Below, piece after piece: positions 48,254-56,896 of a DNA stretch of 64,000 nt. This DNA comes from Asticcacaulis sp. UBA2476 (lineage in GTDB: Bacteria; Pseudomonadota; Alphaproteobacteria; Caulobacterales; Caulobacteraceae): contig DDPE01000075.1 in NCBI GenBank assembly GCA_002342035.1, forward strand, positions 12,776 to 76,775, in the 5' to 3' direction. The notes under the pieces are model-generated. The model saw only the letters and a program-made list of their open reading frames with translations. It did not search any database and was not told the DNA's origin. The first letter of the stretch is position 1; the number at the start of each line of letters is the position of its first letter. Both the position numbers and the translations under genes were made by a program.

Positions 48254-50620
48254 TTACATCGGCCCGCCACCACCGGGGCCACCGCCCCAGTTGCCGCGCG
48301 GCCCACGGGGGCCCTGGGGCATATCCTCTTGCGGCTGGGTGCCGCGCACCTCGCCAAAGACATAACGCAGGGTCAGATAGGCCACTTGCCCCTGTTGCTT
48401 ACGCTCGCGGATACCTTCTTGTGTATCGCTGCGGGTATAGGTCTTGGTATTGGCCGATTCAAAGATATCGGTCACGTTCAGAGACAGGAACAGCTTGTTG
48501 CTGAAGCGGTGCGAATAGTTGACATTGGCCGTGGCGAACGGATCGGTATAGCTTTCCCGATCAATGCGCTTGCCCTGCACATTGATGTTCACGCCCACGG
48601 TGTCCTTGGCGGTCATCTTGTAGTCGGCATTGATCCGTCCACTGACGTTAGTGCCGGTGCGTTCATAGGGCACAAGATTGCGGTCAAAGGACTGCACCTC
48701 AAAATAGGTGACCGTGCTTGAGGCCCGCATGCGCAGTTTTTCTGTCAGCTTGCCATCGAACGACATCTCAAGGCCGCCGGATTGCTGCTCACCCAGATTG
48801 ACGCGGGTACGCAGAAGGACATCAGTACCGACTATTGTACCAGGTATGTAGTAGCTGACCGGCGCAATAACCTTTGAGTCCTTGCTGTAGAAGGCCTCGA
48901 CATTATAGCTGTAGCCGCTTTTTTGGTATTCATAACGGACGCTGAACTTATCGGTTTCCTGTGGTTTCAGGTCGGCATTACCCGCAGAGGCATACTGATC
49001 ACTGTAATAGACAATGGTCGGGTCAAGCTCCATAGCGCCCGGACGGCGGATGCGGCGCGAATAGCCTACGCGCAGACGCTCCGCCTGCGACAATATATAG
49101 CTCAGGTTCACACTCGGCGTGACATTGGTGTAGTTGCTTTCGCCGCCTGTGCCGGTCTTGATCTCGACATCGGTGCGCTCAACTCGCAGGCCGCTGCTGA
49201 GGCTCAGCTTATCCGTATAGGCCTTGCTGTAGTTGACATAAAAGGCGCTGATGGTCTGTACGATATCCGTGATCGTGTCCTGATCCGGAATGGGCGAGGT
49301 GCCGCCGGTGCGCTGATTTAAGGTGCGGCTGTAGCTTTTCTGATTCTGGATATCGAAACCGGTCGACGCGTCCCCGCCCCACAGCCCGTGGGTATAGTCA
49401 CCGCTCAGGTTCAACAGCTTTTCTTTGGTGTCGCGGTTGCTGCGGTCACTGCTGTCGGTGCGTGCGGGCACGGCATAGTTATAGAGGGTCGAGTTTTCGC
49501 TCTGGCTGTCGCCGGTATTTTCAGAGTAGCGCAGATTGAACTTTAAGGTCTCGCCTTCGGTATCGCCCCTGTGGTCAAACCGCAGCGTGCCTTCAACCGT
49601 TTCATTGTTGTTTTCACCGCGGCTGATGCGGTTATAATCCTGCGTCAGGATGTCGTTCACATCATAGATCAGGCTGTGGCTTAAGCCGCTGTTGCTGCCT
49701 TCACGGCGCTGATAGCTGACATTACCGGCCAGTGTATCATTGTCATTGATCTGATAGTTCAGCCCGCCGTTAACCGACATCATATCGCTCAGGCGCGGGT
49801 TATAGCTTTCCGTGACCGCACGGGTCGTCTCACCGGTCAGGGCATTGATGCGCTTACGGTCATCGGTCGATTCATTGGGGCGGCCATCGTGACGAATATT
49901 GACGCTTCCGTTCAGGATCAGCTTGGGCGTGATCTGACGGCTGGCCGAGAAATTGGCGCCGTAACGGTCATCCGAGCCCTTGTTAAGCGTGAGGGTCGGT
50001 TTTTGCTGCACAAAGCGGCCGCGCTTCATGACGATATTGATGATGCCGCCGGAGCCTTCGGCCGAAAACTGCGCGCCCGGATTGTTCATGACCTCGATGG
50101 TATCGATGTCTTCGGACGACAGGGATTGCAAGGTGGCCGCACGGTTCTCGCCCTGCAAGGCCGTGGATGGCTTGCCATCGACCAGAATCGTCACACCCGA
50201 TCCGCGCAGAGTGACATTGCCTTCCGGATCAACGGCCACGCCCGGCACCTTATTGAGAGTATCGGCGGCCACGCTGACCGGGGTTTCGGCGTCGGTCTTG
50301 GGGTCATACACCTGACGGTCGGCGCGGTTTTGCGGGCGCTCGGCGGCCACGGTCACGGTCGTGGTCGGGCCTTCCTGAGCTTCGGCCTCAACCGGCGTGG
50401 TTTTGAGGTCTTCAGGTTTCTTTTCGGTCGCAGGCGGCTGGGCCTGAGCCGGGGTTGTCGTCTGAACCGGTGTCTGAACGGGCGTTTGGGCCGGTGTCTG
50501 AGGTTGCGTTTGCGCCCATACAGGCGCGGCTAACACCAGCGCCGCCAGAGTGCTAAGCGCCGTGCCGTTCCTCAAAGCACGAAACCGCGAACCAGACAGG
50601 AGTAGATTATTATTTTTCAT
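48254..50620 (-). CDS. TonB-dependent receptor-like outer-membrane beta-barrel with Gly/Pro-rich C-terminal tail
   Basis: Signal peptide, plug LNKVPGVAVD..GNVTLRG...ILVDGK, EGSGGIINI, GNADLKPQ; ends QGPRGPRGNWGGGPGGGGPM. Confidence 0.88.
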   Translation of the reverse strand: MKNNNLLLSGSRFRALRNGTALSTLAALVLAAPVWAQTQPQTPAQTPVQTPVQTTTPAQAQPPATEKKPEDLKTTPVEAEAQEGPTTTVTVAAERPQNRADRQVYDPKTDAETPVSVAADTLNKVPGVAVDPEGNVTLRGSGVTILVDGKPSTALQGENRAATLQSLSSEDIDTIEVMNNPGAQFSAEGSGGIINIVMKRGRFVQQKPTLTLNKGSDDRYGANFSASRQITPKLILNGSVNIRHDGRPNESTDDRKRINALTGETTRAVTESYNPRLSDMMSVNGGLNYQINDNDTLAGNVSYQRREGSNSGLSHSLIYDVNDILTQDYNRISRGENNNETVEGTLRFDHRGDTEGETLKFNLRYSENTGDSQSENSTLYNYAVPARTDSSDRSNRDTKEKLLNLSGDYTHGLWGGDASTGFDIQNQKSYSRTLNQRTGGTSPIPDQDTITDIVQTISAFYVNYSKAYTDKLSLSSGLRVERTDVEIKTGTGGESNYTNVTPSVNLSYILSQAERLRVGYSRRIRRPGAMELDPTIVYYSDQYASAGNADLKPQETDKFSVRYEYQKSGYSYNVEAFYSKDSKVIAPVSYYIPGTIVGTDVLLRTRVNLGEQQSGGLEMSFDGKLTEKLRMRASSTVTYFEVQSFDRNLVPYERTGTNVSGRINADYKMTAKDTVGVNINVQGKRIDRESYTDPFATANVNYSHRFSNKLFLSLNVTDIFESANTKTYTRSDTQEGIRERKQQGQVAYLTLRYVFGEVRGTQPQEDMPQGPRGPRGNWGGGPGGGGPM
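50460..50512. repeat. Degenerate 12-bp tandem repeat encoding (QTPx)n linker
   Basis: gtctgaaccggt gtctgaacgggc gtttgggccggt gtctgaggttgc. Confidence 0.7.
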
Positions 50621-50898
50621 TATTAGGTCTTCTTCGGAAGAGTGGCATTTGTCGGATTATACGCAAGGCCTGTTAAATTTCCGTCGGATATATGGCAAGG
50701 AGTCTTGCGGCCAAAAGATGTTCAGCCCGGATTGCCATTGCGCAGATGCAAAAATGACGCACTTTATGTCAGGGATGTATGAATCTTTTCTTTAGTGAAA
50801 ATATATGCGCGAAACCTTTACGCTTTTACGGGGATCACTGCCTGTGTATGATCTGAATTGATTGTTTAAGACCAATAATAACATAGCGGGAGAAAACC

Positions 50899-51909
50899 AT
50901 GCGATCTTTATGTCTGGCCGTGGGGCTGATGTGTGCGGTTGCACCCGCCGTGATGGCTCAAGCTGCGACCGAAGCGCCAAAACCGCTCTACCGTGATCCG
51001 GTGTTTGACGGCGCGGCGGATGCGTCGATTGTCTATGATGCCCCCACCAAGCAATGGAAGATGTTCTACACCAACCGGCGGGCGTCGCTGAAATTCCCGG
51101 ACCCCAAGGACGTGCGCTGGGTGCATGGCACGCCGATCGGCATCGCCACCTCAACCGATGGCCTGACATGGCGCTATGGCGGGCAGGCGGCGATTCCCCA
51201 AAGCTGCACCGGTGAGACCCTGTGGGCGCCGGAAGTGTTTAAGGACGGTGACACCTGGCATATGTGGCTGACGGTTGTGCCAGGCGTGTTTGCCAACTGG
51301 AACCATCCGCGCCAGATTGTGCACCTGACCAGCTCTGATCTCAAAACCTGGGACTGCGGCGAAACGCTCGACCTCGGTGACAAGGTCATCGACGCCAGCG
51401 TGATCAAGATCGGCGATGGCTACCGGATGTGGTTTAAGGATGAGCGCAAGGGTTCACGCCTGTTTGCCGCCGATTCCAAAGACCTCAAGACCTGGGTGCG
51501 CCAAGAGATTCCGGTGGTCGATGTCGCGTCCGAAGGGCCAAAGGTGTTTCGCTTTAAGGGCCGCTACTGGATGGTGGGCGATGCGTGGAAGGGCCTGATT
51601 GCCTTAAGTTCTGACGATGCGACCCACTGGACGCTGCAACCGGATCGTCTTCTGGAACAGCCGGGAACGCAACCGACCGATACCAACAAAGGCCAGCACC
51701 CGGATATTGTCGTCAACACAGACGACAAAGGCAATGAGCGGGCCTTTATCTATTACTTCGTCCATCAGCATAATGAACCACAGGCCAAGACCGATCCGTA
51801 CTGGAACCAGCGGACGGTCATTCAGGTCGCGGAACTGAAATATGCGGACGGAAAGCTAAGCGTGGACCGCAACGCGCCGGTCGATGCCACACTTTATCCG
51901 CCGAAATAG
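50899..51909 (+). CDS. Secreted five-bladed beta-propeller glycoside hydrolase (GH43-like)
   Basis: Signal peptide; GAAD, LWAPEV, VIDASV, EGPKV, GQHPD. Confidence 0.8.
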   Translation: MRSLCLAVGLMCAVAPAVMAQAATEAPKPLYRDPVFDGAADASIVYDAPTKQWKMFYTNRRASLKFPDPKDVRWVHGTPIGIATSTDGLTWRYGGQAAIPQSCTGETLWAPEVFKDGDTWHMWLTVVPGVFANWNHPRQIVHLTSSDLKTWDCGETLDLGDKVIDASVIKIGDGYRMWFKDERKGSRLFAADSKDLKTWVRQEIPVVDVASEGPKVFRFKGRYWMVGDAWKGLIALSSDDATHWTLQPDRLLEQPGTQPTDTNKGQHPDIVVNTDDKGNERAFIYYFVHQHNEPQAKTDPYWNQRTVIQVAELKYADGKLSVDRNAPVDATLYPPK

Positions 51910-51974
51910 GGTTGATCCGGCCGGATGCGGGAGGCTATGCTAACAGACCTCCCCAATGATTTGCGAGCTATCCT

Positions 51975-52730
51975 ATGTCTAACCTGTTCGACCTGACCGG
52001 CAAACGCGCCCTGATTACCGGTGCCAATCGTGGGCTGGGGCAGGCGATGGCGGTGGCTCTGGCCGAAGCGGGGGCCGATATCGCTGCCGTCGGTAACAAT
52101 ACGCCGGATGAGACCAAGGACAAGGTTGAGGCTTTGGGCCGCAAATTTGTGTTCATCAAGGCCGACCTGACCTCGACCGCGCCTATCCCTGAGATCGTGG
52201 GCACGACGATTTCGGCCCTGGGTGGGATCGATATACTGATCAATAATTCCGGCATTATCCGCCGCGCCGACAGCGTCGACTTCACCGAGGAAGACTGGGA
52301 CGCGGTGATGAACGTCAATATCAAGTCGGCATTCTTTATGTGTCAGGCCGTGGGCCGCCACATGATCGCGCAGGGGTCGGGCAAGATCATCAATATCGCC
52401 TCCATGCTGTCGTTTCAGGGTGGCATCCGCGTCCCGCCCTATACGGCCTCAAAGTCCGGCATTGCCGGCATTACCAAGCTGCTGGCCAATGAATGGGCCT
52501 CTAAGGGCCTCAATATCAACGCCATTGCGCCGGGATATTTTGCCACCGACGTGACCTCTCAGCTACAGGCCGATGCTGAACGCAACAAGGCGATCCTTGA
52601 CCGTATTCCCGCTGCGCGCTGGGGTGAACCTGACGATCTGAAAGGGGCGGCGGTGTTCCTGTCGTCCAGAGCGTCGGACTATGTCAACGGCGCGATCATC
52701 CCCGTGGATGGCGGCTGGCTGGCGCGATAA
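51975..52730 (+). CDS. kduD: 2-dehydro-3-deoxy-D-gluconate 5-dehydrogenase
   Basis: GIIRRAD, ASMLSFQGGIRVP.YTASKSG, LANEWA, VDGGWLAR. Confidence 0.92.
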   Translation: MSNLFDLTGKRALITGANRGLGQAMAVALAEAGADIAAVGNNTPDETKDKVEALGRKFVFIKADLTSTAPIPEIVGTTISALGGIDILINNSGIIRRADSVDFTEEDWDAVMNVNIKSAFFMCQAVGRHMIAQGSGKIINIASMLSFQGGIRVPPYTASKSGIAGITKLLANEWASKGLNINAIAPGYFATDVTSQLQADAERNKAILDRIPAARWGEPDDLKGAAVFLSSRASDYVNGAIIPVDGGWLAR

Positions 52731-52754
52731 TAAGGCGCGTGCTAAACACTCAGC

Positions 52755-53234
52755 ATGAGTGTTGCCTTTACCAAAGACGAAGATCACGAAGCCGCCGCGG
52801 CCAATCTGCCTGACCGGCCGATCTCGCCCCACCCTAATCTGGTCACGCCGCAGGGCCTGAGCCAACTTGAAGCCGCCTTCGCGGAGGCCAAGGCCGCCTA
52901 TGGGGCCGCGCAGGCGTCGGGCAGCATCAACGAAGACCGCACCGCCATGGCGCGGGCGACGCGCGATCTGCGCTACTTCACCGCCCGTCTGGGCTCGGCA
53001 CAGCGCATTGCGCCGGTGATCGATCCTGAAACGGTGGTGTTCGGCTGCACGGTCACGATTGCGCGCGACGATGGCCGCACCCAGACCTTTCGCATTGTCG
53101 GTGAGGATGAGGCCGATCCGGCTAAGGGCAGTATTTCCTATGTGTCGCCGCTGGCCCGCGCCCTTTTGGGTAAATCCGTGGGCGATGAGGCACAGGCGGC
53201 GGGGTCCGAGATCGAAATCACCGCGATCCTCTAA
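52755..53234 (+). CDS. GreA/GreB-family elongation factor-like protein
   Basis: VTPQGL, VVFGCTV, FRIVGEDEADP..G.ISYVSPLARALLGK. Confidence 0.85.
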   Translation: MSVAFTKDEDHEAAAANLPDRPISPHPNLVTPQGLSQLEAAFAEAKAAYGAAQASGSINEDRTAMARATRDLRYFTARLGSAQRIAPVIDPETVVFGCTVTIARDDGRTQTFRIVGEDEADPAKGSISYVSPLARALLGKSVGDEAQAAGSEIEITAIL

Positions 53235-53239
53235 CTGGA

Positions 53240-54367
53240 CTAAGGCACAATCGTCACAAACAGGTAGGTGGCGAAAATCACCAGATGGGTTATCCCCTGA
53301 AGGATGGTGGTGCGGCCGGTGCCGAGTGAAAAGATCGAGACGATAAACGACAGCAACAATAATATCATCGACTTCGGATCAAGCCCCAGCGCCAGCGGCC
53401 AGTCCATGACCACTGACAAAACCGCAACAGTCGGAATGGTCAGGCCGATAGTCGCCAGCGCCGAGCCCAGCGCCAGATTGAGGCTGGTTTGAATACGGTT
53501 GCGGCGGGCAGCTTTGACGGCTGCCAGACTTTCCGGGGCCAGCACCAGACCGGCAATCAGCACCCCGACGAACGCCAGCGGCAGACCGGCAGCCCCGACG
53601 GCGGCTTCGATATGGGGCGACAGGCTTTTGGCCAGCAGCACCACCCCGACCAGGGCGACAATCAGCGCACCGACCGCGATCCATGATTGCAGATGGGTGG
53701 GCGGTTCGGCATGGACATCCTGCGGCAGATCGCCATCACCGGCCGGCAGGAAATAATCGCGGTGCCGCACCGTCTGCACCAGCACAAAGGTGCCATATAG
53801 TATCAGCGATACCACGGCCACAAAGATAAGTTGCGGCGGGGAATAGAATGAGCCGGGTGCGGAGGATGTAAAGTTCGGCAGGATCAGCGACAAAGACGCC
53901 ATCGCCGCCAGCACGCAAAAGGCCGAACTGACGCCGCGCAGCACAAATTTCTGCTCATGGTGGCGCGCGCCCCCGACCAGCAGACATAAGCCCACAATCC
54001 CGTTCATGATGATCATGACCGCCGCAAACACCGTATCGCGCGCCAGCGTGGCCTTTTCACCCGGATCGGACATCATCAGCGACACGATCAGGGCCACTTC
54101 GATAATGGTGACCGCGATGGCCAGCACCAGAGTCCCGAACGGTTCACCGACCTTATGGGCCACGACCTCGGCATGGTGAACGGCGGCCAGCACACATCCC
54201 ATCATGATGACGGCGGCCACAATAACCCCGAAAAGCCCCAGATAGGCGGCATGAAGAGCTATGGCGAGTACACCCGCCACGGGAACCACCAGACTCCAGA
54301 TCGGCAGCACCGGCACGTCCTTAGTGTGGGCGGTCTTGGCGGTGTCGGGATTGCCGGATTGGGCCAT
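53240..54367 (-). CDS. chaA: Ca2+/H+ antiporter (ChaA family)
   Basis: HHAEVVAHKVGEPFGTLVLAIAVT.IEV, LAPE, GSALATIGLTIP. Confidence 0.88.
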   Translation of the reverse strand: MAQSGNPDTAKTAHTKDVPVLPIWSLVVPVAGVLAIALHAAYLGLFGVIVAAVIMMGCVLAAVHHAEVVAHKVGEPFGTLVLAIAVTIIEVALIVSLMMSDPGEKATLARDTVFAAVMIIMNGIVGLCLLVGGARHHEQKFVLRGVSSAFCVLAAMASLSLILPNFTSSAPGSFYSPPQLIFVAVVSLILYGTFVLVQTVRHRDYFLPAGDGDLPQDVHAEPPTHLQSWIAVGALIVALVGVVLLAKSLSPHIEAAVGAAGLPLAFVGVLIAGLVLAPESLAAVKAARRNRIQTSLNLALGSALATIGLTIPTVAVLSVVMDWPLALGLDPKSMILLLLSFIVSIFSLGTGRTTILQGITHLVIFATYLFVTIVP

Positions 54368-54495
54368 GCTTAGTCCTTAAAAATATCGTTTAGCGCGCCC
54401 CCATAGAATTAATCCCCTATCCGGCCGGTCATGTCCACCTCAAGGGATTGATTTAGTTCGATTTCGGGTCAATTTTTTATGACGGTGGCCAACCG

Positions 54496-55476
54496 TTAAA
54501 GGCCCGGCAGTGTCCCCAGACGATCTTCGGCCCAGATTTGGCGCTGGGTCTCTGGGGCGACATTGCCGCCGGACAGTATGACCAGAACCGTTTGCGGCGT
54601 CGTTTGGGTGCGCAGATATTGCACCACACCGGCCATACATCCGGCTGAAGTCGGCTCAATCGTCAGTTTCAGCAGATGGGTCAGCCACTGGGTCCAGTAG
54701 ATGATATCGTCTTCTGAGACCTCAAGCACCCCTTGGGTTTGTTTCAGGAACGTCAATGTCCGTTCACTGACATATAGGGTGCGCACACCATCAGCGATGG
54801 TATCCGGTGCTTGCTCCCATTTGAAAATCTTCCCGTCGCGCAGGGTGCGGGCCGCATCATTGGCATTGAGCGGCTCGACCCCGAACACCTTGGTCGCCGG
54901 TGACGCGGCCTGCGCGGCCAGATAAGTACCCGATACCAACCCGCCACCACCGCAAGGGGCAAAGGCGGCGCTAAATGCGGGACCATCCTGAAACGCCTCT
55001 AAGGCCACCGTGCCTTGACCCGCCATGACGCGGTCGTCGTCATAGGGATGGATGAACGCAGCACCTTGGTCGATGACGGCCTGCACGGCGTGTTCGGCCT
55101 CTTGTCGGGTTCTGGTGACCACGACGTCGGCCCCATGGGCGCGGGTGGCGGCGATCTTAAGCGATGAGGCGGTTTGCGGGATGAATATAGTCGCTTTCAG
55201 GCCCAGAATTTTGGCGCCGTAAGCCACGGCCTGAGCGTGATTGCCCGACGAAAAACAGGTCACCCGCTCCGGCATTGCACCCTGTTCTTTGAGGGTCAGC
55301 AGGGTATTCATCGCCCCGCGCACCTTAAAAGCGCCAATTTTTTGCAGGTTCTCGCACTTGAAAACGATGCGGTGGCCCAGCATGGCGTTGAGCGTGCCCG
55401 ACTCCATCAGCGGCGTGCGGTGGACAAAGCCAGCGATGCGGCGCTGGGCGGCAATGATATGATCGGGCGTATTCAT
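54496..55476 (-). CDS. PLP-dependent serine/threonine dehydratase (serine racemase-like, no ACT domain)
   Basis: KCENLQKIGAFKVRGA, SSGNHAQ, GGGGL, EPTS, LSGGN. Confidence 0.92.
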   Translation of the reverse strand: MNTPDHIIAAQRRIAGFVHRTPLMESGTLNAMLGHRIVFKCENLQKIGAFKVRGAMNTLLTLKEQGAMPERVTCFSSGNHAQAVAYGAKILGLKATIFIPQTASSLKIAATRAHGADVVVTRTRQEAEHAVQAVIDQGAAFIHPYDDDRVMAGQGTVALEAFQDGPAFSAAFAPCGGGGLVSGTYLAAQAASPATKVFGVEPLNANDAARTLRDGKIFKWEQAPDTIADGVRTLYVSERTLTFLKQTQGVLEVSEDDIIYWTQWLTHLLKLTIEPTSAGCMAGVVQYLRTQTTPQTVLVILSGGNVAPETQRQIWAEDRLGTLPGL

Positions 55477-56042
55477 GGGGCTGTCTTAGACCGGTTTGTC
55501 AGCGCCGTCAGATCATCTTTGGTATCAATATCCTGCACTATGGCTTCGGTGCCGACCTCAAGGCGTGCCACGCGGTAACGACCGCCGGTAATCAGATTGC
55601 GCGCGCCTGTGTCGCCGGACAATGCACGTAAGTCGTTAAAACAGGCGGCGGCAAACAACACCGGATGGCCGTCGCGCCCGTCATGGGTCGGTACCACAAT
55701 ATCATTGTTGTTAAGATGATCGGCCAGTTGCTGATAAAGCGCCTGCGGGATCAGCGGCATATCGCCCAGAACCACAAACACGCCGTCGCATGGGGCAAGC
55801 GATGCCACCCCTAAGGCCAGTGATCCGCCCATGCCGGCATCGGCATCAGGATTGACCACCACCCGGACGCCCTCGGTGGCGGATATGGGGGCACGGGTGA
55901 CGACGATGCGTTGACCCAGTCCCTCGGTGGCGGCAATGGCGGTGTCCAGCACGGTATGGTCAGCTAATCGCGCCTGAAGCTTGTCCTCCGGCCCGAACCG
56001 CCGTGACGCTCCGGCCGCCAGTATGATCGCGCCCAGCTTCAT
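55473..56042 (-). CDS. mocA: Molybdenum cofactor cytidylyltransferase (MocA-like)
   Basis: ILAAGASRRFG..KL, GMGGSL, LGDMP, GHPVLF, GDTGAR, DIDT. Confidence 0.8.
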   Translation of the reverse strand: MKLGAIILAAGASRRFGPEDKLQARLADHTVLDTAIAATEGLGQRIVVTRAPISATEGVRVVVNPDADAGMGGSLALGVASLAPCDGVFVVLGDMPLIPQALYQQLADHLNNNDIVVPTHDGRDGHPVLFAAACFNDLRALSGDTGARNLITGGRYRVARLEVGTEAIVQDIDTKDDLTALTNRSKTAP

Positions 56043-56896
56043 GATTTGCGCCAGTGTTCGATAATTTGGGCCATGATGGATATTGCGATTTCCGGCGGGG
56101 TTTTGGCCCCGATATCCAGCCCCACCGGGCCATGAATACGCCCCACATCGCCTTGATCGCGCAGGCTTTCCAGACGGGCCTGATGGGCGCGTTTGCTGCC
56201 CAAGGCCCCGATGTAAAACGCCGGACTGTTCAGGGCTACCTTAAGTATTTGCGGCTCAAAAGCATGGTCGTGAAACAGTGTAATGAGCGCGCTGTTGGCA
56301 TCCAGCAGATCAGCGTCAAAATCGCCGTCACCGCGTAAGGGGCGCACATTGGGCAGGCTGTCCGTGATCATCGCATCCGGGCTGTAGATAATCGTTTCCA
56401 TCTCCGCCATCGTCGCCAGTTGCGCCAGCATGATCACGATCGGGCCCTGTCCTACAATCACGATCCGCCCGACGGGCCGGTAGTGGCGCACTAAGCCACC
56501 GACCACCATTTGAGCGGGCTGACGCGCGTCGCGGGCATTAGCCACCCTTCGCACCTCATCATCGCCAAGGGTCACGGCAAAATGGATGTCCAGTCCGGCC
56601 CCGCACGGCAGGGTAATGTCCTTAAAGCGCGATCCTTCGCCGTAGCGCTCAATATAATCCGAACCCTGATCAATAGCCGTAATGGCGTCATGCACAAGTG
56701 CAGCTTCGGCGCAGCCGCCAGTGATCATGCCGACATGGCGGCCATCTTCGCATACGGCCATCTGCGACCCCACCGGGCGCGGTGATCCGCCGGTGGTGGC
56801 GATCAGGGTCAGGAGCGCGCAACGTTTCCCCTCACCTCGCCAGCCGAGGTAGGCATCCAGCACATAGTCCTGATAGGTGGGATGAGCGATATCCAA
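56039..56896 (-). CDS. xdhC: XdhC/CoxI family Moco insertion chaperone
   Basis: GGSPRPVG, GGCAE, LPCG, FYIGALGSKR, PVGLDIGAKTPPEIAISI; TTG start abutting the upstream stop. Confidence 0.88.
   Translation of the reverse strand: MDIAHPTYQDYVLDAYLGWRGEGKRCALLTLIATTGGSPRPVGSQMAVCEDGRHVGMITGGCAEAALVHDAITAIDQGSDYIERYGEGSRFKDITLPCGAGLDIHFAVTLGDDEVRRVANARDARQPAQMVVGGLVRHYRPVGRIVIVGQGPIVIMLAQLATMAEMETIIYSPDAMITDSLPNVRPLRGDGDFDADLLDANSALITLFHDHAFEPQILKVALNSPAFYIGALGSKRAHQARLESLRDQGDVGRIHGPVGLDIGAKTPPEIAISIMAQIIEHWRKS

Noticed and set aside
50861-50876. ATTGTTTAAGACCAAT as another FadR-type operator before the GH43-like gene
   Set aside because: Only one good half-site and the spacing differs by one base; too weak to call.
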